Virus record (IMG/VR): IMGVR_UViG_3300029309_000005
Location: 32,628 to 96,627 of that record
Length of the DNA stretch: 64,000 nt
Reading direction: 5' to 3' (one strand)
Source: a virus
In this document: positions 51,090-58,877 of the stretch, one piece after another
Layout: each line of letters opens with the position of its first letter
Numbering within the stretch: position 1 is the stretch's first letter
The notes under the pieces: generated by a model
The model's database searches: none
What the model was told of the DNA's origin: nothing
What the model saw: only the letters and a program-made list of their open reading frames with translations
Translations under genes and position numbers: made by a program

Positions 51090-52250
51090 TTGATGAAAGT
51101 AAATACCTTAAATGTTTTAGAAACTTATGCAGGTGCTGGTGGCAACCCTGAGATACATGCAGGTTGGGCGCAAGCAGCCAGAGATAGAGGCCATAATGTA
51201 ATTCGTAACGAAATAATGTATGCTGGCAATCCAGATGAAAGTTGGGCAGATTATGATTTAGGATATATGCCTGAAATGCCAGGAAATATTTTGAATTATT
51301 CAGCCCAAGATGTAATCAAAATCTTAAACGGGAAAACACCAGATGTATTCTATGCTTCACCCCCATGTGAAGGTAACTCAGTGGGGGCAAGAATGCAAGG
51401 ATGGGAAGATTGGGCTGGTGACGACAAAAAGAAACAGGCTTTCAACAGAGCGAGGAATAAAGGCAATGCTGAATTCTTTACTAGAGAAGGAGTTGGCCCT
51501 ACTCCAACGAATGATGCGGCTAAGTTAGGTCGCCAACTGATGATTCATACTTTAGAATTCATTGATGACTTGCAGGATTATAGAGTTCACAATGAAGGCC
51601 GTGATACTGACGACCCCATGTATTGGTGGCTAGAAAATCCAACTGGTATGATGAGATACCAACCAGAAATGGGTATGCGGCCACTAGGACAGCCATTAGG
51701 CGTAAAAACAACTGGTAGCAAAGTTCCACCGCCAACAATTACTCACGCATCATATTCAGGGCCAATGGCTGATTTGCTAGGAGTTCCAAGACATGACATC
51801 CCAGGACATCCTGCTATCCCATCTCGAAAACAAACCGATTTATGGACTAACGCTGGAGGCATTTGGCTACCAAGGCCACATACAAAACCAGGACTTCACC
51901 CTAATGCACCAGTATTCGATATGAGTCTTGATGAATTACAAGCATTGTATGGTAAAAAGGCAGTAAAGAATATCCCGCAGAGAACCGGCAAAGAATCTGG
52001 AGATGCGGGTGTGTTACACGCATGGGGGCCAAGAGGTGCAAAAACAGGAGTTCAAGGTATCAAATCTATGGTGCTACCAAGTGGTGTTAGAATACCACAA
52101 TATCATATGAAATCTCTAATCCCATACGCTTTGGGTGAAGATACAATCATAGCGGTTGAAAAAGCCTTAGCAGGTGAAAAAACTCCATATCCACTTCTCA
52201 AAAGAAGCGATAAAATTAGTCATACACTATTTGACTTTAATCAAACATGA
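51090..52250 (+). CDS. DNA cytosine-C5 methyltransferase-like protein
   Basis: Motif I LETYAGAGG, motif IV DVFYASPPCEG, motif VI LENP, and KQTDLWTN. Confidence 0.75.
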   Translation: MMKVNTLNVLETYAGAGGNPEIHAGWAQAARDRGHNVIRNEIMYAGNPDESWADYDLGYMPEMPGNILNYSAQDVIKILNGKTPDVFYASPPCEGNSVGARMQGWEDWAGDDKKKQAFNRARNKGNAEFFTREGVGPTPTNDAAKLGRQLMIHTLEFIDDLQDYRVHNEGRDTDDPMYWWLENPTGMMRYQPEMGMRPLGQPLGVKTTGSKVPPPTITHASYSGPMADLLGVPRHDIPGHPAIPSRKQTDLWTNAGGIWLPRPHTKPGLHPNAPVFDMSLDELQALYGKKAVKNIPQRTGKESGDAGVLHAWGPRGAKTGVQGIKSMVLPSGVRIPQYHMKSLIPYALGEDTIIAVEKALAGEKTPYPLLKRSDKISHTLFDFNQT

Positions 52251-53401
52251 CCTGCATGAACGTAGGTAATTACAACAGTTGTTGCTGTTCCTAACGGTGG
52301 GGGCAAAGAGGCTGGATCATTGAGCGACAACTCAGTGGGAGTTACAGTGTAATGCAATCCTTCAATCATAGTGCCAACATGAAGATGTGAAGCGTCATAT
52401 GCTTCAACAGTTATGAGGCTTGTAACTCCATCTTCTTCACTCACTAATGGCTTAAAAAGAAGTCCAGCAGGTGCAGCGTTTCCAAATGGAAGCACTGTTG
52501 GTGAACCAGTAGGGTATGGTAATGCGTCTGTTTTTGCAGTTCTATGAATAGGGGTTATTTGATAAGTTCCTCCGCCCCCTGGTGCTAACCCTAAACCAAT
52601 ATCAGATTGGAAAAATAGATGAGTTTGACCTATCCCTTGTGGTATTCCAGTATGTATTCCAGATGGATTTCTAGCAAACAAAACTCCTAAATCTGTAATT
52701 GGTAAATTGGCTGCATTTAGACCTGCTATGAAGTCGTTTCTCATGCTGCTTTCAGTGCCATCACTGTGTTCTATTGCAGACAAGGCTACTGGGCCAGGTC
52801 TATTGAAAACTCTCTTATCTTCTATTGCTAAGATAACTGGGTTCGATGCACCTTTACCTACTCGAACTGCGGCCAATACTGTGTTTTGTTTCACTAAATG
52901 GCCGGATGGGGATTGAGGATATACGCCAGTAGAAGTTTCAACATATGACCCATAAGTGAAACCTACATTGTTAGGCAATCTAGGATCTACATAAACTAAC
53001 AGTATGGCTTCATCGGTAGGGTTTGTGCCATTTGGAATGGCAGAACCATGAACACTAGAATGGTAATTTGCTGATCCACCTATGTCTAAAACAGAGGCAG
53101 AACCAACATTGTAAAACATCCCATCTAACTGAACTACTCCTACATCAACATACAACTCTTTAGTGCTACCTAATGTTCCATTTGGCCTAACACAGCAATT
53201 GCCACTTACTGGGTTATTCCTGTTTGCTTCGTCATATCGGTTTAGTGTGATTGGTATAACTCCGTTCCCAAGACCACGTTCAACATTGTTAGTCAGAGAA
53301 GGGCTAGTTAGAACATCTGTATCTCTAAGCCCATCGTTTTGATAGGTTGATGCCCCTGTTGCTGTCTTTTCGTGACCCTCTGCTAAATTAGTGTTAGACA
53401 T
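52241..53401 (-). CDS. Probable virion structural (tail-associated) protein
   Basis: G/T/P/N-rich beta composition; VDVGVVQLDG..Y and VLAAVRV...IEDKRVF pattern of tail proteins. Confidence 0.55.
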   Translation of the reverse strand: MSNTNLAEGHEKTATGASTYQNDGLRDTDVLTSPSLTNNVERGLGNGVIPITLNRYDEANRNNPVSGNCCVRPNGTLGSTKELYVDVGVVQLDGMFYNVGSASVLDIGGSANYHSSVHGSAIPNGTNPTDEAILLVYVDPRLPNNVGFTYGSYVETSTGVYPQSPSGHLVKQNTVLAAVRVGKGASNPVILAIEDKRVFNRPGPVALSAIEHSDGTESSMRNDFIAGLNAANLPITDLGVLFARNPSGIHTGIPQGIGQTHLFFQSDIGLGLAPGGGGTYQITPIHRTAKTDALPYPTGSPTVLPFGNAAPAGLLFKPLVSEEDGVTSLITVEAYDASHLHVGTMIEGLHYTVTPTELSLNDPASLPPPLGTATTVVITYVHAGHV

Positions 53402-53405
53402 GGTT

Positions 53406-53618
53406 TCAACTCATTGAATTAACATATGCTTGAAACAACATTCTACCCATTTTTCTCTGATCCCTTTCGCCAGGATAGTTTGCTTCTGCAACCATTCTTG
53501 CAGCGATTATTGGATGAGCGTTTTGATTTTCCACAAGCATTCGTATCTCATCAACTAATGAAGCAATATCAGACATATCTGATTTCAACGTATTCCAACT
53601 GTTCTCAAAAGCATTCAT
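53406..53618 (-). CDS. Leader-bearing small protein
   Basis: MNAFENSWNTLKSD at ATG 53618 (TGATG overlap). Confidence 0.7.
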   Translation of the reverse strand: MNAFENSWNTLKSDMSDIASLVDEIRMLVENQNAHPIIAARMVAEANYPGERDQRKMGRMLFQAYVNSMS

Positions 53619-53989
53619 CAGCAATTCCACCTTTTCAACGCTGCACCCTTTGGTGTTAATTTACCGCCTTTACTGGTTGGCCCTTTGACTCCAGACATTC
53701 TGGCGCAAAAAGACTTTCGCCTCTTAGCCTTCTTTGATCCTGGTTTGAGTTTGCTAGGTTTGGTTGTGACAGGGGGCTTTAGATTCGCACCTTCTTTTCT
53801 TTTGAAGTGCGCTCTGCCTTTAGCACTCAATCCGCCCTTGCGACTGTGCTTCTTGGGATTGTAACCGTGAAACGGTTTGGACTTTTTCTTTGCCTTATTT
53901 AGTATAACTGTGGCAAGAATCTTATCTTGATTTGGCCTTATCATTACAGCCTTTGCTAAGACTTGACAAGTGCTACAATCGCAAATCAT
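53618..53989 (-). CDS. Highly basic protein (GGL..KGR...RRKSFCARM...WNC domain, DUF6321-like from recollection)
   Basis: Motif recognised from small basic proteins of marine phages; preceded by LAKA and LNKA sites. Confidence 0.7.
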   Translation of the reverse strand: MICDCSTCQVLAKAVMIRPNQDKILATVILNKAKKKSKPFHGYNPKKHSRKGGLSAKGRAHFKRKEGANLKPPVTTKPSKLKPGSKKAKRRKSFCARMSGVKGPTSKGGKLTPKGAALKRWNC

Positions 53990-54273
53990 CCCAGTTTCGC
54001 CCTCACTTCTGCAATTGCCATTCTGCGACCTTCTTCCACATACTTTTCAAGATTTCCAACGTAGCCTTCTTTTGCTAATTCACTCATTACATAATCCTCT
54101 TGACCTGTTTCTAAGTGTGCTATTATTGTGTCTAAGAATAATTCTTTTGCCATTTTAGATATGTTGCCCAAACTCAGACTTTCCAACATTTCTCTGCGCT
54201 CTCTATCTTCAGGATTTTCGCTTGGTATATATCCTATTTTTAACAAATCCCAAGCCTTTTGAAATACAGTCAT
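53986..54273 (-). CDS. Leader-bearing small protein
   Basis: MTVFQKAWDLLKIG. Confidence 0.7.
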   Translation of the reverse strand: MTVFQKAWDLLKIGYIPSENPEDRERREMLESLSLGNISKMAKELFLDTIIAHLETGQEDYVMSELAKEGYVGNLEKYVEEGRRMAIAEVRAKLG

Positions 54274-54443
54274 TTATTCTTCACCACTGGATTTGGCTTA
54301 CGCCAGATATAATTGCACAAAGGGCATTCCCATAAAAAGATTCTATCCCTACTTCCCGCATAGAAGCCATTTATCCTAATAGCCAAAACATCGGTATTAC
54401 AGTTAGAACAAGTCTGTGTTACTCGATCACGATAGGGTTTCAT
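54270..54443 (-). CDS. 57-aa Zn-ribbon protein (not in ORF track)
   Basis: Manual translation MKPYRDRVTQTCSNCNTDVLAIRINGFYAGSRDRIFLWECPLCNYIWRKPNPVVKNK; ATGA overlaps on both sides. Confidence 0.75.
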   Translation of the reverse strand: MKPYRDRVTQTCSNCNTDVLAIRINGFYAGSRDRIFLWECPLCNYIWRKPNPVVKNK

Positions 54444-55102
54444 TCTTCTTCGTCACCACTAGATTTGATTTGTATTTTAGTTCGTTTTCCATCCTTTTTC
54501 ACAACTAGATTACCATGCACCTTAATTCTGTAAGTTAAATTAGAAATATATTTCAATTGCCCTTGAAGTTTCTTAACCACGCTTCTAGCATAACCATTAG
54601 CCCAATCAGCGATTACTCTAGCATGATGTAAAGCAAACGCTTCTCCAAGTCTTGATGAGTCATCACAACCATTCCAAAATGCCAAATTGAATAAAGAATA
54701 TCTAGCAGATGTGTTTCTAACTACTGTTGACAATATATCTAATTCTCTTGTATTTACAGAATTCATTTTTAACATTCCTTTTACTAATTTCAAATCATAA
54801 CTAACAAGGGTTGAACCAGACAAGAATGGCTTTAATTGTTTTAATTGATGACTTTTGACTCTTGTTTCATCAAAAATAAAATCTTGACCTTCAGACCTTT
54901 GAAATAAGTGATAAGAATTGTCTTTGTATATCATTACTAAATCGACTCTAATCTTTGAAGGTTCAGAATAACCAGTATCTAATTCTGCTGGATCAGTGGT
55001 AGTAAAAACGACAATAGGAACAAGACCTTTTTTATCTAAAAACCGTCTTACCTTTTTCTTCATTTTATCACCAATTGAAAGCGATAAAAGCATTTCTGCC
55101 AT
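54440..55102 (-). CDS. Hypothetical protein, possibly a degenerate RNase H-like/3'-5' exonuclease fold
   Basis: LVSYDL...LDIL...RYSLFNLA pattern; catalytic acidic residues not evident. Confidence 0.4.
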   Translation of the reverse strand: MAEMLLSLSIGDKMKKKVRRFLDKKGLVPIVVFTTTDPAELDTGYSEPSKIRVDLVMIYKDNSYHLFQRSEGQDFIFDETRVKSHQLKQLKPFLSGSTLVSYDLKLVKGMLKMNSVNTRELDILSTVVRNTSARYSLFNLAFWNGCDDSSRLGEAFALHHARVIADWANGYARSVVKKLQGQLKYISNLTYRIKVHGNLVVKKDGKRTKIQIKSSGDEEE

Positions 55103-56537
55103 CCATCAATCTATCAGCGTCAGGTGATTCAGTCAATTTCTTCAATCGTCTTTCTGCTGTCTTTTTACTTACGCCTTGATTTATCGCATATACTCTTTCT
55201 AGTTCCTTTTTTGCTACACATTCACGTTTAGATCTAGAGTGTGCTAGTTTCTTACACTTACTGTAAGCAATTTTCCATTCGTGCAAAGAAGCATCACGCT
55301 TCTTTTTTGCTTTGAAATCCTGCTTCTGCTCTAACCAAATACACAGATTGTGTAGATTGTCATAAATGATTTCAGTAGCCATCATGATGTGGTCGGCAGT
55401 AATTACTGAAGAACTCATTAGTGTAGCGATAATATTTCCAAATGTCATGGTATAGTTTTCAAGGTTAGGAATAAATGATGTTGCAGTTTCTCTAACATTA
55501 GCATCATGTATCTGGTTCACTAACTCATAGTAATCGGTTGTAGCGTTCAGTAATGCTGCATGATATGATTCATCAACAGTAAATATGTCATACGCATGTT
55601 TGTTAGCAACCATATCCCTTTCATGATCACTCATTGCATCCCAATCTTCTAAGGATAAATCTGCTGCTTTTAGCAATCTATCTCTAATCTGATCACGCTT
55701 TTCTAGTATGAAATCTGCCAACTCTCCGTAACCCCAAACTTTCTCAGGAACAGGCACATATGCGCCCTGTAATCGGTGTTCGCTGGTAGTTTGACGCTGC
55801 TCTTGGCTTACGTCATTTTGATATAGGAATACACGCTGGAAGAATCCTTTCTCTAATACATGGTGCATGATGTCCTTTGGAGGGAATGTAGTCGCCCATA
55901 TAGAAACTCCAGATACAACTTGGATGTCTGCCCCCTTCAATACCTTAGCCAAATTGTTAGTGGCAGAACCGATTGGGGCCATTGCTTCTTGCAGATACAG
56001 AATTTTCTCTGAGAAATATGACTTCTTATCGTCAAGTAATACACTTGCTTCATCAAATAGTAAAGTCTTGTAACCATTCAACAATCCTTTAGTTACCTTG
56101 TATTCCATTTTACCAGTCGGCTTACCTTCTTCATCATACTCTGGTTCTTGATCCACGTGGCCTAGCAGCCCTGCATCAGAACCAGATGTGAACTTAGCAC
56201 TCTCAACTTCGCAAGCATCAAGTAATTGCTTCGTAAATTCGTAAGCGGCAGATTTACCAGTTCGAGATTGTTGAATCCAATATACATGCACTCTAGTATC
56301 TAAATGTGAACCATGAATTGGAACACGGACATATGGTGCAATGACTTGCCCTGTGACATAGAATAAAGACAACATCCCTGCGAACTCATTGAAGAAAGAT
56401 ACAGTGTTGAATCTATCAATGTATTCTTTGATAAATCTACTTCCTTCAAATGGTGTTTTGATTAGTGTATAATCATGCCATTTTCGGTTTCCTGAATCTG
56501 ATGTAGGCTTTAGTAACATATTATTCCTCCTTCTCAT
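55068..56537 (-). CDS. MCM-like AAA+ ATPase/helicase (likely start 56519)
   Basis: Walker A QSRTGKS, SDAGLLG, Walker B LLFDEA, LQEAM, Arg finger GFFQR; wHTH-like C-terminus. Confidence 0.75.
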   Translation of the reverse strand: MRRRNNMLLKPTSDSGNRKWHDYTLIKTPFEGSRFIKEYIDRFNTVSFFNEFAGMLSLFYVTGQVIAPYVRVPIHGSHLDTRVHVYWIQQSRTGKSAAYEFTKQLLDACEVESAKFTSGSDAGLLGHVDQEPEYDEEGKPTGKMEYKVTKGLLNGYKTLLFDEASVLLDDKKSYFSEKILYLQEAMAPIGSATNNLAKVLKGADIQVVSGVSIWATTFPPKDIMHHVLEKGFFQRVFLYQNDVSQEQRQTTSEHRLQGAYVPVPEKVWGYGELADFILEKRDQIRDRLLKAADLSLEDWDAMSDHERDMVANKHAYDIFTVDESYHAALLNATTDYYELVNQIHDANVRETATSFIPNLENYTMTFGNIIATLMSSSVITADHIMMATEIIYDNLHNLCIWLEQKQDFKAKKKRDASLHEWKIAYSKCKKLAHSRSKRECVAKKELERVYAINQGVSKKTAERRLKKLTESPDADRLMDGRNAFIAFNW

Positions 56538-56587
56538 TCTTGGGCATCATAATCCACCGTAAGTATCGTATATCAATCCTCACCTTA

Positions 56588-57298
56588 TCATGCCCTGGAC
56601 ATTCTAATTTTCTCTTGGGCCACCGGAGTTTCACTGTTAAATGCTTGCAGTATTCTTTTGGCCCTAACCTTTCCTATACCTTCAACCGCTTGTAATTCTT
56701 TTTCATTCAGTGACGATATTTCAACAATAGAGCCATACATTTCCAACAGGCGTTTCGCTATCGCTATACTACATCCTGCACCCTGTAATATGTCAATACG
56801 CATATCTTCTGTCGCAGTTTTTCTCAATAATCTATATGTTGATGATGAACCTAAAGTGCCATGTTTTTCAAATCGTTTGCAGATAAAACGTGCAGCGAGT
56901 GATTTGTTAGGGAATGTCAAAATGGAAATGTCATAGTCAGTCGAAAATCTAGCGAGAGAACCAGTAAATGAGCCAAAGACCTTTGCATAAGGTATGTTTT
57001 TGCCACGCTTCTTTCCTTTAGCAATGTGTTGATCGAGCGTTCCATGAACTAGCAAAATCGCTGAATTGTAATTATCTTCAAGATTCTGCAATTGGCGTTC
57101 TAAATGCCCTGAATAAAGGCTTTGAAGATAATCTTCTATGGATTTCGCTTCGATGCCGACATCAGCAAAACAATAATCTGTAATCATGGTTTGACGCATT
57201 TGATAATTTAATTTATTTTTATCACAATACTTCATTACTAATTGCTCTAATCCAGAACGCTCTCGATTATCAATAAAAAGAATACGTTGATCAGTCAT
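56588..57298 (-). CDS. ERCC4/XPF (Hef-like) nuclease with HhH motifs
   Basis: IDNRE, DY, IEAKSIEDYLQS...GHL..QL, VEGIGKVRA. Confidence 0.9.
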   Translation of the reverse strand: MTDQRILFIDNRERSGLEQLVMKYCDKNKLNYQMRQTMITDYCFADVGIEAKSIEDYLQSLYSGHLERQLQNLEDNYNSAILLVHGTLDQHIAKGKKRGKNIPYAKVFGSFTGSLARFSTDYDISILTFPNKSLAARFICKRFEKHGTLGSSSTYRLLRKTATEDMRIDILQGAGCSIAIAKRLLEMYGSIVEISSLNEKELQAVEGIGKVRAKRILQAFNSETPVAQEKIRMSRA

Positions 57299-57310
57299 TA
57301 CTAACCTCTC

Positions 57311-57445
57311 CTAGTCTTTCTCCTTTAATTTCACAGGCTTAGGTATATTCTTTGAAAATCGCTCATTACAACAAGCGCAAGTGATTGATGGATGGTATCG
57401 CAAACTCATCCAATCTAGTTTAGTCCAATGAGAACGGTCACTCAT
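57311..57445 (-). CDS. 44-aa hypothetical protein (not in ORF track)
   Basis: MSDRSHWTKLDWMSLRYHPSITCACCNERFSKNIPKPVKLKEKD; ATGA overlap and GGAGGTGA SD. Confidence 0.55.
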   Translation of the reverse strand: MSDRSHWTKLDWMSLRYHPSITCACCNERFSKNIPKPVKLKEKD

Positions 57446-57711
57446 TCCTTCACCTCCGTTTCATCATTTCCAATCACTTGTTGAGCCAGCGTTAAACTGT
57501 TTAACATATCCACTACCAAAGAAGCCCAGTTAGGATCTTGAGTTACGGCAACCATGTTATCTGTTTGGCATATCTCAAAGAATCCAGATTGGTTTGACCT
57601 TCTAAAAGACCAATCCAATACCTCTGGCGGTGCTTCTCCCTTGTGGTGTGCTTGTAGCATTTCTTCTGCTTTCTTTCTTCTTATTTCTTCTAATTCTTTT
57701 TCTTCGCTCAT
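57442..57711 (-). CDS. Hypothetical protein
   Basis: Coupled to the primase gene; ELEEIRRKK helical N-terminus. Confidence 0.65.
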   Translation of the reverse strand: MSEEKELEEIRRKKAEEMLQAHHKGEAPPEVLDWSFRRSNQSGFFEICQTDNMVAVTQDPNWASLVVDMLNSLTLAQQVIGNDETEVKE

Positions 57712-58805
57712 GCGGTTGCCCCCTTTTCATCATAGTAAGGACACTTGCCCACACACAATCCTTCATGGTATATCGTGGGGCAGGTTGGAGTTAGATAGTA
57801 TCTTTCAACTCCATGAGTTAGATATTTGCTGGTTTCACTTGGTTTGTAATCAGCCCATTCTAATGAACGGATAAAGGCATGAGTTAGAGTTAATACTTCT
57901 TGATTAGATACTGTGCTTGATCGTGGCGGTCTAGCAAAATTGCGAAAGTAGTCCATCAGATACATCATTAAATAGGAACGGGGCTTGTGGGGCGGGTTAC
58001 TACCCTTTTCACATGCGGCTTGGGCTAGGCATGGCAACATTGGAATGTTATTTATGCGTTCTATGTCAATTTCAATATCTCCCGCTTCAAATGATTTAGC
58101 CACGCTGTTACTCGAATCGAATAGATTGATTGAATCTCTCTCTATGATTTTAATTGACATGCCCTTTCCTTCATACAGATTCATACCTGGTGCGGGTTCC
58201 TGTGCTTTAGTGACAATGTAATTCCATCCCTGCATCAAATCCTCTCTCCACACAGGTATTCCCCAAATTTGTCGTTTGAAATTGTATGTGTTTGGTATTC
58301 TTATGTGACGGTCAGGGCGGAATGAAACAACTGGGTCAAGAGTTTTCAAATCGTGCGTTTTTACCCACTGATTAATAATCATTCGACCAGAAAAAAGCAA
58401 ATCAGACATTTTGTTAGGAGGCAAAATATACTCTTGATCTAATTTCACCCAAATGTGAAAACCGCCTCCAGTGAACCATATTGCATGTTGGATATTGTTT
58501 GTTGATAATTCCGAAGATATTGTTTCGACTTCTTTACAGCATGATTCCTTTGCTAAGTTTTCTTCATAACTATGCACACGCAAGGCTTGATCAGCATCGA
58601 AATCCATTACAAAGTGGGGAATAATTGCAGTATTGTATTCACATCGGTTGCCCTTTGTTTTCAAATCTCTGAATCCATATACAGTAGTCGTCAGATTTCC
58701 TTTACCATTTGTAGTCTTAATGTAATGCTCTAACTGCTTTTTGTTGTGAATAACCTTGCGTGTTCTCATATCAATTTCACGTGGAAAATGGTCGAAAAGA
58801 GCCAT
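57708..58805 (-). CDS. Archaeo-eukaryotic primase, PriS-PriL(C-terminal Fe-S) fusion
   Basis: MDFD, TGGGFH, RHIRIPNT; C-terminal PCL...H..R...CPTI...GLCVGKC. Confidence 0.85.
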   Translation of the reverse strand: MALFDHFPREIDMRTRKVIHNKKQLEHYIKTTNGKGNLTTTVYGFRDLKTKGNRCEYNTAIIPHFVMDFDADQALRVHSYEENLAKESCCKEVETISSELSTNNIQHAIWFTGGGFHIWVKLDQEYILPPNKMSDLLFSGRMIINQWVKTHDLKTLDPVVSFRPDRHIRIPNTYNFKRQIWGIPVWREDLMQGWNYIVTKAQEPAPGMNLYEGKGMSIKIIERDSINLFDSSNSVAKSFEAGDIEIDIERINNIPMLPCLAQAACEKGSNPPHKPRSYLMMYLMDYFRNFARPPRSSTVSNQEVLTLTHAFIRSLEWADYKPSETSKYLTHGVERYYLTPTCPTIYHEGLCVGKCPYYDEKGATA

Positions 58806-58877
58806 TCAGTCACCACCAAAAAAACGGTTGAGATATGAAATCCCAACAGGCACGAAAAAATCTCCTTAACATTATTC

